The notes under the pieces were generated by a model. It was not told where the DNA came from. It did no database searches and was given only the letters and a program-made list of their open reading frames with translations. Shown here one piece after another: positions 1 to 13,880 of a stretch of 64,000 bases of DNA. The DNA comes from Octopus sinensis. Lineage: Eukaryota. Both the position numbers and the translations under genes were made by a program. Within the stretch, counting starts at the first letter, position 1; every line of letters begins with the position of its first letter. The stretch lies in assembly GCF_006345805.1 (NCBI RefSeq), contig NC_043005.1, forward strand, positions 106,454,001-106,518,000, read 5' to 3'.

Positions 1-625
1 GATGATGGTGATGATGAGGGTGGTGGTGGTGGTGGTGATGATGATGATGGTGATGATGAGGGTGGTAGGGGTGGTGGTGGTGGTGGTGGTAGTGAGGGAG
101 GTGGTGGCCATAATGATGAGGGTAGTGGTGGTGGTGGTGATGATGATGATGATGATGGTGATGATGAGGGTGGTGGTGGTGATGATGATGATGATGATGG
201 TAGTGGTAGTGGTGGTGGTGGTCATGATGATGAGGAGGGAGTGGTGGGAATGATGATGATGGTGGTGGTGGTGATGATGGTACCGTTGATCATGATGATG
301 GTTATGATGATGGGGTTTGTGGTAGTGGTTCAGGAAATTTTGTTAATATCACGGGTCGTGTTGTTGTTGGTGGTAGCGATGGTGATGGTGTTGTTGTTGG
401 TGGTGGTAGAGGTTATGATGATGATGATGATGGCGGTGGTGTTAGTTGTAGTTATAGCGTTGTTGTTGGTGGTGGTGTTCCTGGTCGTGGCTGTAAGTGG
501 TGGTGGTGGTAGTGGTGGTGGTGGTAGTAATGGCGGTGGTCGTGGCGGTAGTGATGATGTTAATGATGATGATGATGCTGCTGCTGCTGATGATGATGAT
601 GTCGACGACACTGATGGTGTTTATG
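1..625. repeat. Compound trinucleotide microsatellite (GAT/GGT/GTT)n
   Basis: Continuous gat/ggt/gtt runs. The poly-Met/Val ORFs here are artefacts of the repeat. Confidence 0.95.
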
Positions 626-969
626 CTGTTTAACCCCTAACTAAACTTGATTATGCAAACTTAAGATCAAAGCCATTCCAGCCGTGACCATCATGTTTCA
701 TACAAAAGTGCACCCAGGACTACATGTAATTTGAAAGAGATACGCTGGTCATATCAGGTAGGGAATTTGGGGTTCATGTTTCGATAATCAGCTACATCCA
801 TTTCATCTTGATTATGTCATTCATGCTTTCAGAGTAAAGCATGCCCATCACAACATCACAGCTCTTTCTCTTTCTCTGTCTGTCTGTCTTTCCCTCTCTC
901 CCACAACATAAGTTTTTGTAATTGATACATTTCGCAACTAAGATGAACTTGAGTACACAGTTGTTGTCG

Positions 970-1003
<34 letters not shown>

Positions 1004-1007
1004 CGGC

Positions 1008-1305
1008 GAAGGCGCGTGGCTCAGCGGTTAGGGTATTCGGCTCACAATCGTGAAGTCTCAAGTTCGACTCCCGCTTTTATTTCACGTTGCTCCAGTCCAC
1101 TCAGCCGGCATAAATAAGGATTGCCTGTATTTGAAAGGGCCGGCCTTGTCACTTACTGTCTCACGCTGAATCTCCCTTAGACCTATTATTAAGGGTACAC
1201 GTGTCTGTGGTGTGGTCACCCAACTTGCACGTTGATTTCCCTGGTAGGTTGTTCCCTTGATCGGATCATCTGGGACCCCCGTCGTTGTAAGCGACAGAGT
1301 GTCAG
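1008..1305 (+). mobile_element. tRNA-derived SINE, family A
   Basis: A box TGGCTCAGCGG and B-box-like GTTCGACTCC. Body (ttcacgttgctccagtccactcagc...gtgtctgtgg) is shared with 36245-36512 and, on the minus strand, 46324-46680. Confidence 0.85.
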
Positions 1306-1746
1306 TGCCAGTTGTTTTCGGGATTCCGCCCCCTTGACACCCAGGTCACATTCCCAGTGCCGCTAGCCCTACAAAACATCACAAGCTTAGACCTCTTCCT
1401 GAAGCAAATTCAAAGCAACTGAATATTATGATTTTATGTAACAATGTATTTTATATTTCTCGGACACAGCCGTTTGATTACCTAAAATGGCCATAGAATT
1501 TGAACCCGGTTCATCTGACTCTGTGCTTTTAAATTATAATAAAGTGTAATTAGAATATTAAATGGAAATTAAAAATGAGTGAATTCAATATTAATCAGGT
1601 GAATGTATTGGTTCATTTGTTTAGATATGTTGACTCTTCTTTTGTTTGAGTATGTGGACTTGTGCTGGATTAATAATAGTGTATACTTGTATTTTACTCA
1701 ATAAGTATAAATTAAGGTGTGTATATTGTTTTTAAGGGCTGATAGT

Positions 1747-2046
1747 GGAGGCACATGGCCTAGTGGTTAGAGCAGCGGACTCGCGGTCGAGGGATCGCGG
1801 GTTCGAATCTCAGACCGGGTGATGTGTGTGTTTATGAGCGAAACACATAAGCACCATGCAGCTCCAGCAGAAGGCAATGGCAGGCGTCTGCTGACTCTTT
1901 CACCACAACTTTCTCTCACTTTTTCCTCTTGCATCTAGCAGCTCACCTGCGACGGATCGGCGTCCCATCCAGGTGGGTAACCCATACGTCAAGGAAACCG
2001 AGAAATCGGCTCTTATGAGCCATGCGTGGCTCGAGAAGGAACAAGC
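1747..2046 (+). mobile_element. tRNA(Arg-like)-derived SINE, family A variant
   Basis: Head GGAGGCACATGGCCTAGTGGTTAGAGCAGCGGACTCGCGGTC...GGTTCGAATC has A/B boxes and a TCG anticodon-like loop. Body matches 4452-4716 on the minus strand. Confidence 0.85.
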
Positions 2047-2126
2047 AAGGGCTGATAGAATTGTAAGCAAATAAAAACCTGCTTTCTTTTCGAACTGTCA
2101 GTATACTCTAGCAAACTCAAATGATA

Positions 2127-2433
2127 TAGTGGTTCCCAAACTTTTTCGGGCTTCTGCCCCCTTAAGACCCATGTCACATTCCTAGCGCCCCACCCCAACT
2201 AAACATTACATGCATAGACCTCTTTCTGAAGCAAATTCAAACAACTGTATTTCCCAAATAAAACTTAATCTAATGAAGCCATTATCTTGTTCCTTTTACA
2301 TGAAACACCAGCCCATTATCGCCCTAATTTTTGCATGAATCGCTTCCTCATTATCGGCCCACTTTTCTTCAGTGCTCCCTGGATACTTTCCATCGCCTCC
2401 AGGGGTCAACACCGCCCACTTTGGGAACCACTG
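2127..2433. mobile_element. hAT(Charlie)-like MITE
   Basis: Terminal inverted repeats (TIRs) (t)agtggttcccaaa / tttgggaaccactg. A partial second copy of the interior lies at about 1318-1440. No clear 8-bp target-site duplication (TSD). Confidence 0.65.
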
Positions 2434-3212
2434 TTAGACCAAGGTTGAATCTGATTGAACAGACGATCCAAAAACGTTCCAACCACGACCATATGTAGCA
2501 CAACGTTACTTAATACGGCAATTTTAAGATTGTATAATGGAATCTAAACACGATTTGGATGCTGGATCACCTCATCACCTCTTCTTTGTTATCTCGATAA
2601 TGATGATAATGATGATAGTGGTGATGATAAAGGCAATGATGATGGCGGTGATGGTTATAGTAGTGGTGTTGTTGATGACAATAGTGGTGGTGATGATAGT
2701 GGTGGAGTAATGTTTCTTGAAGGGGTAGTGGTTGTGAGAATGATGCTAATGGGGCGTCGTGGAAAAGTAGTGATGAGGATGATAATGATGGTGGTGTTGG
2801 TGGTAGTGATGTTGTTATCGGATGGTGATAGTATTGTGTTGTTGATGGTAGCATAATAATGATGTAGTGGTGGTGGTGGGAGGGTGATGGTTAGGTTCAG
2901 GTAGGTTGTAGTAGTGCTGTAGTAGTGTTAAGGATGATGGTGGTGACCATAATTATCATCGGTGGTCTGTATGTGGTCAATGGAGCAGATAGAAATAACG
3001 ACCAAATTTCACTCATATTACAATCCTACTGACCACCTTTAAAAACTAAGACCCTTTAGCTAAAGTAATCCACTATATACTGCGTCTGATAAATGAGGGA
3101 TGTCTAAAAACGGACTGTTTCTGATGATTTGTTGTCTGCCTGATGATGGCTGATCCATGGCTAAGCAACAAAATATCGTTTTTGAATACCAACACTTTCT
3201 TTCTTTCTTTTC

Positions 3213-3401
3213 TTTTCTTTTACTAGTTTCAGTCATTTGACTGCGGCCATGCTGGAGCACTGCCTTTAGTCGAGCAAATCGACCCCAGGGTTTATTCTTT
3301 GTAAGCCTAGTACTTATTCTATCGGTCTCTTTTGCTGAATTGTTAAGTTACGAGGACGTAAACACACCAGCATCGGTTGTCAAGCGATGGAGGGGGAACA
3401 A

Positions 3402-3452
<51 letters not shown>

Positions 3453-3616
3453 CGACGGGCTTCTTTCAGTTTTCGTCTACCAAATCCACTCACAAGGCTT
3501 TGGTCGGCCCGGGGCTATAGCAGAAGACACTTGCCCAAGGTGCCACGCAGTGGGACTGAACTCGGAACCATGTGGTTGGTAAACAAGCTACTTACCACAC
3601 AGCCACTCCTGCGCCT
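3213..3616 (-). mobile_element. tRNA-derived SINE, family B (head + internal microsatellite + tail)
   Basis: Minus strand reads AGGCGCAGGAGTGGCTGTGTGG...GTTCAGTCCC...CCTTGGGCAAGTGTCTTCT. Homologous to 10337-10665 and 34573-34978. Confidence 0.9.
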
Positions 3617-4451
3617 GCGGTCAAGAATGAACGAAACCACTTTTCGCTTTTACCAAAGTCATATACATAATATAACTGGTCACGTAAATGTAGTCGTTGT
3701 TGTTGTTGCTGTTATGTAACTCTAGGTGTAGTCCTTTTCTTTCAGAAATACGAGGAAATGCCTCCTACCTATGACCACCGAATCATTTTTCTTCACATGC
3801 ATCCTTATTTTCAAGAAAATAGAAGTGTTATGAAGGACACACGGTTACTATTTCTAGCATGAAAAGCAACCAGTGTGAGGATCTTTAGTTGAGCATTTAT
3901 CGTACTTGTTGTTATTACTTAGACACATATGCTTAGCAACATATAGTGCTTAGCTACAATTCAGCACCATATATGATCAATGACGTTCCAATCGTGACAC
4001 TCCCATCGCTTTTCAAACAGATGTTATTCAATATAACCTTCGTTTTGTAAGACAGTAGGTTGTGATTGACTGCAATTTCTAGAAAGTCGTGGAACACTTC
4101 CTGAATTTGCGTGTCATTTTGTTTGTTTGTTTGTTTTTGTCATCAATGTTTAGCCCCAGGCTAGAGCTGATTGAACAAACCTATGATGGAAGGCATTCCA
4201 GTTGTGGCCACTGTTCGGCATGTATCTGATGTGTCTATTTGTGTTTAATCGCAGATCAGCCTCGAAAATGTTTGATCTAATGACGTGGAGGCATTCCAAG
4301 CACAACTGTTTGGTCTGCGTCTGTTTGTCTGTCGTACTTGTTTAACTCGAGGTCAGCCTTGCTTGACCAAACCTATTATTATAGACGCAGCAATCATACT
4401 ATATTGTCATGCACTTGGTCAAAATATATAACGATAAACGTCGCCTTTTTC

Positions 4452-4716
4452 AAGGCTAGCCAGGCTCATGGGCCCGGTTTCCCGGTTTCTGTGGCGTATG
4501 TGTTCCCCCCAGCTGGACGGGACGCCAGTCCATCGCAGCGTTACTCAAGAAGCAGAAAGAGAGAGTGAGAGAAAGTTGTGGCAAAAGAGTACAACAGAGG
4601 CCACTACCACTCCCTGCCGGAACATCATGGAGCTTTTAGGTGTTTTTACTCAATAAACACACACAACGCCCGGTCTGGGAATCGAAACCGCGATCCTCTG
4701 ACCGCGAGTCCGCCCC
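4452..4716 (-). mobile_element. SINE family A, 5'-truncated
   Basis: Reverse complement matches 1775-2040 and 46525-46680. Confidence 0.85.
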
Positions 4717-5311
4717 TTGATTTATTTACTTAAATCGACGCCAGTAGTCCATTTAGGTTATTTCCTTTAGCTCATATTATTTTCATTACTTCAAGTTAAA
4801 ATATCTTCAACTACTCAATTACTTCAAGTTAAAACATCGCCGCGACTCATTTCTAAGTTTGAAGGAAACTATTTTTGAATGAGAAAACGCGAGTCAGTTT
4901 CGCCTTGCTTCACTGATGAGATAAAAAAAAATCGAAACGCATGTACTTATCTGTCATCTTCTCTGTTAACAATATTCACAATTTCCTCAAAGTCTGAATT
5001 TAGAATCAACTTAGAAAAATTAATACCTTTTTTTTTATTTCAGATTCACATAAAAAAAACCCTCCAGGTTTTAATTACCTTTCTCCGATCAGAGGTAAAT
5101 TTCAGCTCATTGAGATTTTTGTGGCAAAGGACTTTCAGTACATTTCCTCTTAATTTTACCTAACAACATGGCATTAGTCAAATTGAGTATTCCCCTGCTG
5201 GGTCCTTTATCTCATTTAATTTACACGCACATACTCAACACACACAAGTCACACACAAGTCACACACACACACACACACACACGCATATACATACATATG
5301 TATATATATAT

Positions 5312-5347
<36 letters not shown>

Positions 5348-6409
5348 CACACTTATATATACATACACACACACACATATACACATACACATACACGCAT
5401 GTATATCAAAGTGTGTTTATGAGTACACGTGTCTTAGATATGAGACTAATGAGATAACTACAGCTGCATATTTCTTTTACAAAGTAATAACACAGGAACA
5501 GAAACTTTGAAACATTTCAATTTATGGGATAAAGACATATGGTCACCATAAGGTTGGTACGATGGTGTGAATACAGTAGGTTTGTACACGTATGTATGGT
5601 AAGGAAGTGTATATGTATCCGTGTGTGTGTGTACCTGTGTATGCGTATAATATACACACTCATATATATGTATATATATATATTCATATTTATCAATGTA
5701 TATCTATTTGTCTCTTTCTCTTCCTCTTTCTGCACATACATACATACACACATATACTCCTGTGTATAAATAAGTATATATATATATGAATATATATACA
5801 TATATATATATATATATATTAATATACACTCACATATATGTATGTATGTATATGTATTCAAACAAACTTATACATATGTGATAAATGCATATATGTATGT
5901 GTGAGTTTTATCATGTTTCATAAAGGATTGTTAATATATCAAGTTTGTTAAATATTGATATTGCAAAAGAACAATACAACGAAATAACAAACACCACCAT
6001 CACCCCAAAGCCATCACCACCACCACCACCACCATCACCACCACCACCACCAACAACAACAACAGTAATAAATTAACTTCCGAGTGCTGCAAGGAAGTAT
6101 CGATTTTTCCCTGTCTAGTCACAAGACCCTTTTGTGTAAAGGGGGTGTGGTCGTGTTGAATTGAATCTATTTCACTAATTTACTTGTACATGTATTTTTT
6201 TCATCAATCTCCAGAGAGCTGAGAGCCAAAGTCAGCTCCCTGTGGGATTTGAACTTTGAAATGTGAGATATCAAATTAGATATAATGAAACTTAAATATG
6301 TCTATCTCACTCTGTTTTACTACCTCTCTCTCCCTCTCTCTCTCCCTCTCTCGTGCTTTTACTTTACTTTCCATGTCCTTTATACACACACACATATACA
6401 TATATAAAT

Positions 6410-6446
6410 GCATACATATATATACATATATATGTTCATATTTGTT

Positions 6447-6505
<59 letters not shown>

Positions 6506-6696
6506 GTATGTGTGCATATATGTATGTATGTATGTATGTATGTACGTATGTATCTATCATCCTTTCTGTTTCTCTCCCTCTGTCTGTCTGTCTTTCTACA
6601 CACACACACACATACACACACACACACACACACATAAAAGTAAACACTCGTATACACTTATATATATAAACATTCACTTACATATCTATCTTTTTA

Positions 6697-6749
<53 letters not shown>

Positions 6750-6750
6750 A

Positions 6751-6797
<47 letters not shown>

Positions 6798-6850
6798 GTA
6801 TCTATGTATGTATGTATGTATGTATGTATGTATGTATGTATGTATGTATG

Positions 6851-6885
<35 letters not shown>

Positions 6886-6936
6886 GTATCTATGTATGTA
6901 TGTATGTATGTATGTATCTATCTATCTATATATCTA

Positions 6937-6979
<43 letters not shown>

Positions 6980-7034
6980 GTATGTATGTATGTATGTATG
7001 TATGTATGTATGTATCTATCTATCTATCTATCTG

Positions 7035-7091
<57 letters not shown>

Positions 7092-7116
7092 GTATGTATG
7101 TATGTATGTATGTATG

Positions 7117-7167
<51 letters not shown>

Positions 7168-7240
7168 TTGTCTATCTATCTGTCTATCTATCTATATACA
7201 TACATACATAATACATACATACATACATACATACGTACAT
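6410..7240. repeat. Compound (TA)n/(TATC)n/(TATG)n microsatellite
   Basis: Alternating blocks of tetranucleotide repeats. Confidence 0.95.
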
Positions 7241-8910
7241 GCACTCACACTCACGCTTATCTGTTCTTTTACTTTCTCTTTCCCTCTGCCTCTATGAGTG
7301 AATGGAATATCTATATAACTATTTGTGTAAGCATTTACATGTTGGTGTTCACCTCTCTCACTCCCACTCTCCCTCCCTCCCCCACTCTCCCTTTCAATGC
7401 ATATATATATAAACATACATACACTTACGTGCATAGACATACTTCTTCAATTTGCGCATTTGTTTATCTCAATATATATGTTGAAAGGCTACCTGGCTCT
7501 CGCTCTAGTTTTCTATATTTTATTTCATTTTATTTTATAAATATTCTCATTTAATATAGTGCTTATCTTTTGAAAAATTCTATTCACCAAAACAAAAATT
7601 CATCATCATTTGATGAAAGTATAAGAAGTATACTAAAGCATAAAAAAAAAGTGTTTGTGTATAAAGAACCTCAAAAATATTTTCAATATTTAAAAAAAAT
7701 TCTGTAAAATACGTTTTTTTTTCTATTTGGCATCTCTTGGAAATTGACGGTGTACACGCTCTGAGCCATTAAAGGTAACTTGTAAACAAACTGGGCTGTG
7801 TTGGTTCACAACTAGATCAATACAGTGATCCTTTATGTGGTTGTCTGCAGGAATTTCTACATTATAGAAGGACATATTGTATTATGCTGTTCAAATTGGA
7901 CTATATACTTGTAGCGGATCTTGCATGCATGAAGTGGATTCGATCCACCATAGCCAAATTTAAATAAACACTGCAACAGAACTTTTCCCACGATGGAACA
8001 ATGGTTTTTCTGTGACAGCAGTTTTACATTTTCCAGATGCCTTTAGCTAGGCTGAAATAATGTCTTCGCCACTTGACCCTTTCTAACCTCTTCTACTTCA
8101 CCAAAAGCTAGAATAGATAACAAGACCTCCAACTAAATCTAATCTTTATATAAGCAAGCACACACCAAGCAAAAATCAGTCAGTCACATCGTGACGACTC
8201 AACGAGGTCTGGCTGACCAACCTTGGTCAGAGGGAGAAATGAAGTTTACTGTCAGACAACACCCAACAATTCTCTCTAGCTCTAATTCTGTTCTCTTACA
8301 ACATCATTCTATCTGTCTCAGTAATAACTACTAAACAATGAAGAGAACCCAAACCCAAACATTCTACCGCATCTAACTTTCGCATGCTCTTGGATTTATC
8401 AACCTGTCCGTCGAGGCAAGGTATTGTAACGTAACGGTAAATAAATATTTCCTTAAAACTTCATACATTGTTCATCTGACACATATTACAACTTGCCGTT
8501 TTAATAACAAACTCTTATCGTCACAACTGTTGCTGACAACATCATCATAATAATGTGTACCAAATCAATTTTAGCCGTTACATACTTATAGTTGATAAAT
8601 GTGAAGGAAAAAACATTGCACATGATCTTTGCCAGGCCTGAGACGCAGGTAAGCCTGATGCTGTTCAGGTGCTGTTTAAATTGTGCAGGTCAAGACCAGC
8701 AGAAAATATACGAGGAGGTCGAAGATTGTTGGGGGCTGATATTCCGGGGGTTACGAACTGAGTGTTGTGATAATGCGATGCCGAGTTGCTTTGGAGGCAA
8801 CAAGTGTCTTGAGAAGTGGTGCGAAATGAATGAGCCAAAACCGGCTAAGTGGAAATGATACAGGATCAACCAGTTCTGAAGAACACTCAACATTATATTA
8901 GAAATAACAT

Positions 8911-9100
8911 GGTGGCGAGCAGGCAGCATCGTTTGCGCGCAGGACAAAATGCTTAGTTCTGAGTTCAAATTCCGCTGAAGTCGACTTTACCGTTCATCTT
9001 TTCGTGGTCGATAAAATAAGTACCAGTTAAACACTTGGGTCGATTTAATCGACTATCCCCCTCCATTATTTCAGGCCTTGCGCCTATAGTAGAAAGGATT
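8911..9100 (+). mobile_element. SINE family C (gtcgactttgcctttcatcc core, Meta-domain-like)
   Basis: Head ggtggcgagc... followed by gttctgagttcaaattcc...gtcgataaaataagtacc, shared with at least 8 copies in the window. Confidence 0.8.
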
Positions 9101-9377
9101 ATATTAAAGACAGAAATGATAGAGAAAAGTACGTCGGTAAGCTACACCGTGTCTATTGGTGATTTAGTATTGATCAGTTGACTAGCTTTTCTCTGGACGT
9201 GGTCTAGAATGTCTGTGTGAATAAAACCATCTCCATCCCGGATGTGGATGCAGTATTCTATTATCAGCCTCACATGAGCCTTATACAGTTAACAATTGTT
9301 GGGTTGACCTTGAAGAGGACTGTTAGTCTGGAAGACGGTCCTTGCGGTGATAAGAATGTGCTTTCGATAGCAGAGAT

Positions 9378-9659
9378 CAAACATTTTTTCACGCTAAGAG
9401 TTGCTGAAGCATGGAACAAACTGCCAGCATCAGTTGTTAGTTGTGGGAGCACTGCATCCTTCAAAACTTCCATACTTCTTGAGATTTGCCAACACTACAC
9501 CTGATTTTCTCCCCTCCATACACACGCAAGCGTGTATCTGACTCATACACTGTTCGCTTTCCAGACATTTGTACATTACTGCATATGCTTTATACGCACT
9601 TTTGACAAGTTGTGGTACTCCTGAGGACTGTATACAATAATTTCATTATTATATTATTG
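9378..9659 (+). mobile_element. CR1-like LINE 3' fragment
   Basis: Encodes KHFFTLRVAEAWNKLPASVVSCGSTASFK, typical of a CR1 ORF2 C-terminus. It is followed by a 3' UTR ending in an (att)n tail. Confidence 0.75.
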
Positions 9660-9967
9660 ATGACAGTGTTGGTATGTAACTGAAATAGCGGGATCCTCAG
9701 AACATCTTTGATCATAGAGCTACTCAACAAGAAACCACTTGGAGCGAAACGACAACAACCAAGTGAACGTAAATGTTTAATACATGAAGAATAAGATTGA
9801 ATTGCACTAAATATTATTGAAGTATATTACAGTACGGTACACTATAGCCAGTGGTCATTCGCAAACCCGTATAACTTGGAAGAATATACCATGCTTTTGT
9901 TAATTTTTTTATGTGTTTTATGGGCTTGGAGATGTACAAACCTTTTCGGTCCTCTTACACTTAACCT

Positions 9968-10040
<73 letters not shown>

Positions 10041-10336
10041 TGAGCCAGCAGTTAGCTAGTACTTATTTTCAGCAGAATAAACTGGAGCGCCGCAAAATAA
10101 AATTTTTTTTGCTCAAGGACACAACTTACCGCCTGGTCCAGGAATCGAACTCAGAACCCTATGATCATAAGACTGAGACATTAACCACTAGGCCATGCAC
10201 CTTCACGCTCACACATACATCTGCACGCACACACACACACATAAGCGCGCGCGTACACACACACATTGTTGGTAATTAGTTTACAAAAGTAATATTGTTT
10301 CGATTCTCAATGACCATATTCATAATATTTACAATT

Positions 10337-10665
10337 AGGCGTAGACCTGGCTGTTTGGTAAGAAGCTTGCTTCCCAACCACATGGCTCCGGGTTCAGTCC
10401 CACTGCGTATCACTTTGGGAAAGAGACTTCTATTGTAGCCTTGGGCCAATCAAAATCTTGTGAGTGGATTTGATAGACGGAAACTGAAAGCCCGTCTTAT
10501 ATGTATATAAGTATATATCTATGCGTGTCTGTTTTTGTCTTTGTGCCTGTTTGTCCCCAGCCACTAGTTGACAACCGGTGCTGGCGTGTTTACGTCCTCG
10601 TAACTTAACGGTACTGCAAAAGAGACCGATAGACGAAGTACTAGGCTTAAAAAAATAAAGTTCGG
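10337..10665 (+). mobile_element. SINE family B
   Basis: Homologous to 3213-3616 and 34573-34978. Confidence 0.85.
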
Positions 10666-10702
10666 GCTCCTGTGCTCCTGTGCTTATAGCTGTAAAGAAT
10701 AT

Positions 10703-10736
<34 letters not shown>

Positions 10737-10796
10737 AATATATATATATAATAATATATTTTATATATATATATATTTATATATATATATATATCA

Positions 10797-11010
10797 CTTG
10801 TTTCAGGACCTTAGGCTGCGGCACTGCTGTAAGTTTTAGTTGAATGAACCAACCCCAGTTCTTATTATATTTAAGCTTGGTAGTTGTCATATCGGTCTCT
10901 TTGCCGAGCGGATAAGTTACGAGGACATAATCCCACCAACACCGTTTGCGAACCTGTGGTAGGGCCAAACAGACATAAAAACGCGCCCCACCACAACCAA
11001 ACACACACAC
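10797..11010 (-). mobile_element. SINE family B tail fragment
   Basis: Matches 3220-3410. Confidence 0.7.
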
Positions 11011-11258
11011 ACAGAGGATTAACACTGAAGTGTCCTCTGGTGTGGCAGAAATATAATATATCTCCTTCATTGACCGGGCGATGCTTTGTGTTCTTGAGCA
11101 AGACACTTCACTTCACGTTTCTCCAGTCCAGTCAGCTGACAAAAATGAGTAATTCTGTGACGGAACGGCGTCGCGTCCAGTGGGAAATACATACACCATT
11201 GAAACCGGGAAACCGGCCCTCATAAGCCTGGCATGGCTCAAGAAGGAATCATTTATAA

Positions 11259-11648
11259 GGCGGCGAGCTGGCAGAACCGTTAGCACGCAGGGCGAAATGC
11301 TAAGCGGTATTTCGTCTGTCTTTATGTTCCGAGTTCACATTCCGCCGAGGTCGACTTTGCCTTTCATCCTTTCGGGGTCGATAAATTAAGCACTGGGGCC
11401 GATGTAACCGACTTAATCCGTTTGTCTGTCCTTGTTTGTCCCCTCTGTGTTTAGACCCCTGTGGGTAGTAAAGAAATAGGTATTTCGTCTGCCGCTACGT
11501 TCTGAGTTCAAATTCCGCCGAGGTCGACTTTGCCTTTCCTCCTTTCGGGGTCGATAAACTAAGCACCAGTTGCTTACTGAAGTCGATAAAATCGACTGGT
11601 CCGTTCCCCCAAAAATTTCGGGCCGTGTGCCTAGAGTAGAAAAGAACA
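11259..11648 (+). mobile_element. SINE family C, head-to-tail dimer
   Basis: A full unit is followed by a second unit that restarts at ggtatttcgtctg (about 11479). Confidence 0.85.
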
Positions 11649-12432
11649 TATCTTTTTCATTCTTTCCTTCTCGCCTCCCTCCCTCTCTCTAAATGATATT
11701 CTTATATTTTGTATGCCGTGATACAGAAGTTCTGTTACGATTCTGGGAAAAAGATATACATCACTTCTTGCCTAAGTTTGCTTGACTGACAATGGATTCA
11801 ATGCTTAGTTCATGCTTGAGTGAGCATCAGTAGAAAAGGCATCCGGCTTTAAGAATAATCGTCTTGATTGCTTCAACGCGCTCTCATCTAACTGATAACG
11901 GCAGAGAAAATGGATGTATGACTACAAAAATAAATTGAATAAATAAATAAACATTAAAAGAAATAAAGAAATGCAAAATCTTTAAAGTTGTAAAAAGGGG
12001 GCAATAGTTGGGTCGGAGAGATTATATATTCTTTTTATTCACTGTAAGAATTCAGTTACGATGTAACACTTTTAAAAATTGTGAAGTCGTTAAAAGACGC
12101 GATCGTAATTTTCGCTTTGAGTTATATAAATTTATAGATTTAAAAGTTATGTATTTCCTTTGCATTTTTTTAATATTTCTTTATTTCTTTTTAAAAGTTC
12201 TAAGCAGCAACATTTTACGATCTCTCTCTAGAAATGAAAACTTATATCCATGAACACTCAGAATTTGATGATAATAAAATTGAAGAACGTAAACAGAAAT
12301 TTTAGTAATTCATCTGAAGGTTTCAAAGAAATTCATTTCACTCCTTCTTAATATATTCACATCTTCCTAATAGCGCAGTCTTTCAAATTTCATATTCTTG
12401 CTGACGATGCAATTGTTGCTTGCTGCCACTTA

Positions 12433-12480
<48 letters not shown>

Positions 12481-12529
12481 CATTATTATTATTATTACCA
12501 TCATCATCATCATTATCATCATCATCATC

Positions 12530-12591
<62 letters not shown>

Positions 12592-12657
12592 TACCATCAT
12601 CATCGTCATCATCATCATCATCATCATGGTCGTTGTTATTATTATTATTATTATTAA

Positions 12658-12694
<37 letters not shown>

Positions 12695-12739
12695 ATTATT
12701 TTATTATTATATTATTATTATTATTATATATTATTATTA

Positions 12740-12790
<51 letters not shown>
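12433..12790. repeat. (ATT)n/(ATC)n microsatellite
   Basis: Seen directly in the sequence. Confidence 0.95.
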
Positions 12791-12793
<3 letters not shown>

Positions 12794-13414
12794 TCGTTGT
12801 TGTTTTTGTTGATATCATTGTTGTTAAGGTGGTTTGCGAATGGATATGTTGTTGCTCTTACTGATATCACAGGTGTTGCCGCTGCTGCTGCTGCTGCTGC
12901 CGCTATTCTTATTTGCAGTTTAGTATCTGAATGATGGAGAAGAGGCAGGGTAGCGGAGTGGGGGTGGGTGGGTAATGTTCGGAGGAATAAAACTTCAGAA
13001 TCTTCAGAAATGTTTAATACAAAATACACATCATCTTGTTCTTCTTGTTCTTGATGTTGTTATTGATGACTATGATGATGGTGATGATGATGGTGATAAT
13101 GGTGGTGGTGGTGGCGATGATCTTCATGATAATGATGGGGGAGGAAAGCGAAGATGGTAATAGTGTTCACAGCAGATGTCGCTGCTGTTGCTTCTACAAT
13201 TGTTATTGTTGTTGTTGCTGTTCTTGTCACTGTAGCCTCTGCTGCTGTTGTTATGGTTGCTGCTGTTATTGTTGCTGCTGTTGTTGCTGTAATTGCTGCT
13301 GCTGCTGATGATGATGCTGATGATGAGGTTGGTGATTATGATAGTGATGGAGAAAATATAATATTGGATTTTGATAAAATGTTATCATTGATATGTTTCT
13401 TCCTTGTTTGCCAT

Positions 13415-13845
13415 CATTTATTATCATTGAGTGAGAGAGCAGTGCATCAAAGTGACCCTGGGGTAAAATATACGAAGCCCAGTATACCCATCATGGCTAC
13501 CCGTCTGATAAGGGTACATTAGGCACATGCATCACAACCATATGCGAGCGACATGGTGTTCTCATATCAAGATGAACAGCGCATGACCTTGCAGGTGGGG
13601 CCCTGTTAGAATTTTCTTTTGGTCGAGTAGCCCATCCCGCTCAAAAGGTCCCTGAATAAGGATTGTCTAAAGATGTTGAACGAACCACCCATGCTTCCAA
13701 AAGTTAATTATCCAAACCTCCAAGAATTCCTGTCAACACACGGCTATGATGCTCTCCCGCCACTTCTACTCATGCACATAGATGCACAGATCATCAGCCA
13801 CTAAGGGACATGCTCAACTGGTTAAGGTCAAACAACTGACAAGCA
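13415..13845. mobile_element. Unclassified interspersed element next to (ATT)n
   Basis: GC-richer complex block bounded by att-type repeats. No second copy in the window and no ORF motif recognised. Confidence 0.35.

Positions 13846-13880
<35 letters not shown>

Noticed and set aside
1747-1820. Possible tRNA-Arg gene
   Set aside because: The acceptor stem is not closed and the sequence continues into a repeated SINE body, so it is a SINE head.
5300-5350. Recurrent single-base phase shifts (tataat/tattat) within (TA)n tracts across the window
   Set aside because: Most likely slippage or long-read consensus error in self-complementary repeats. This cannot be distinguished without raw reads.
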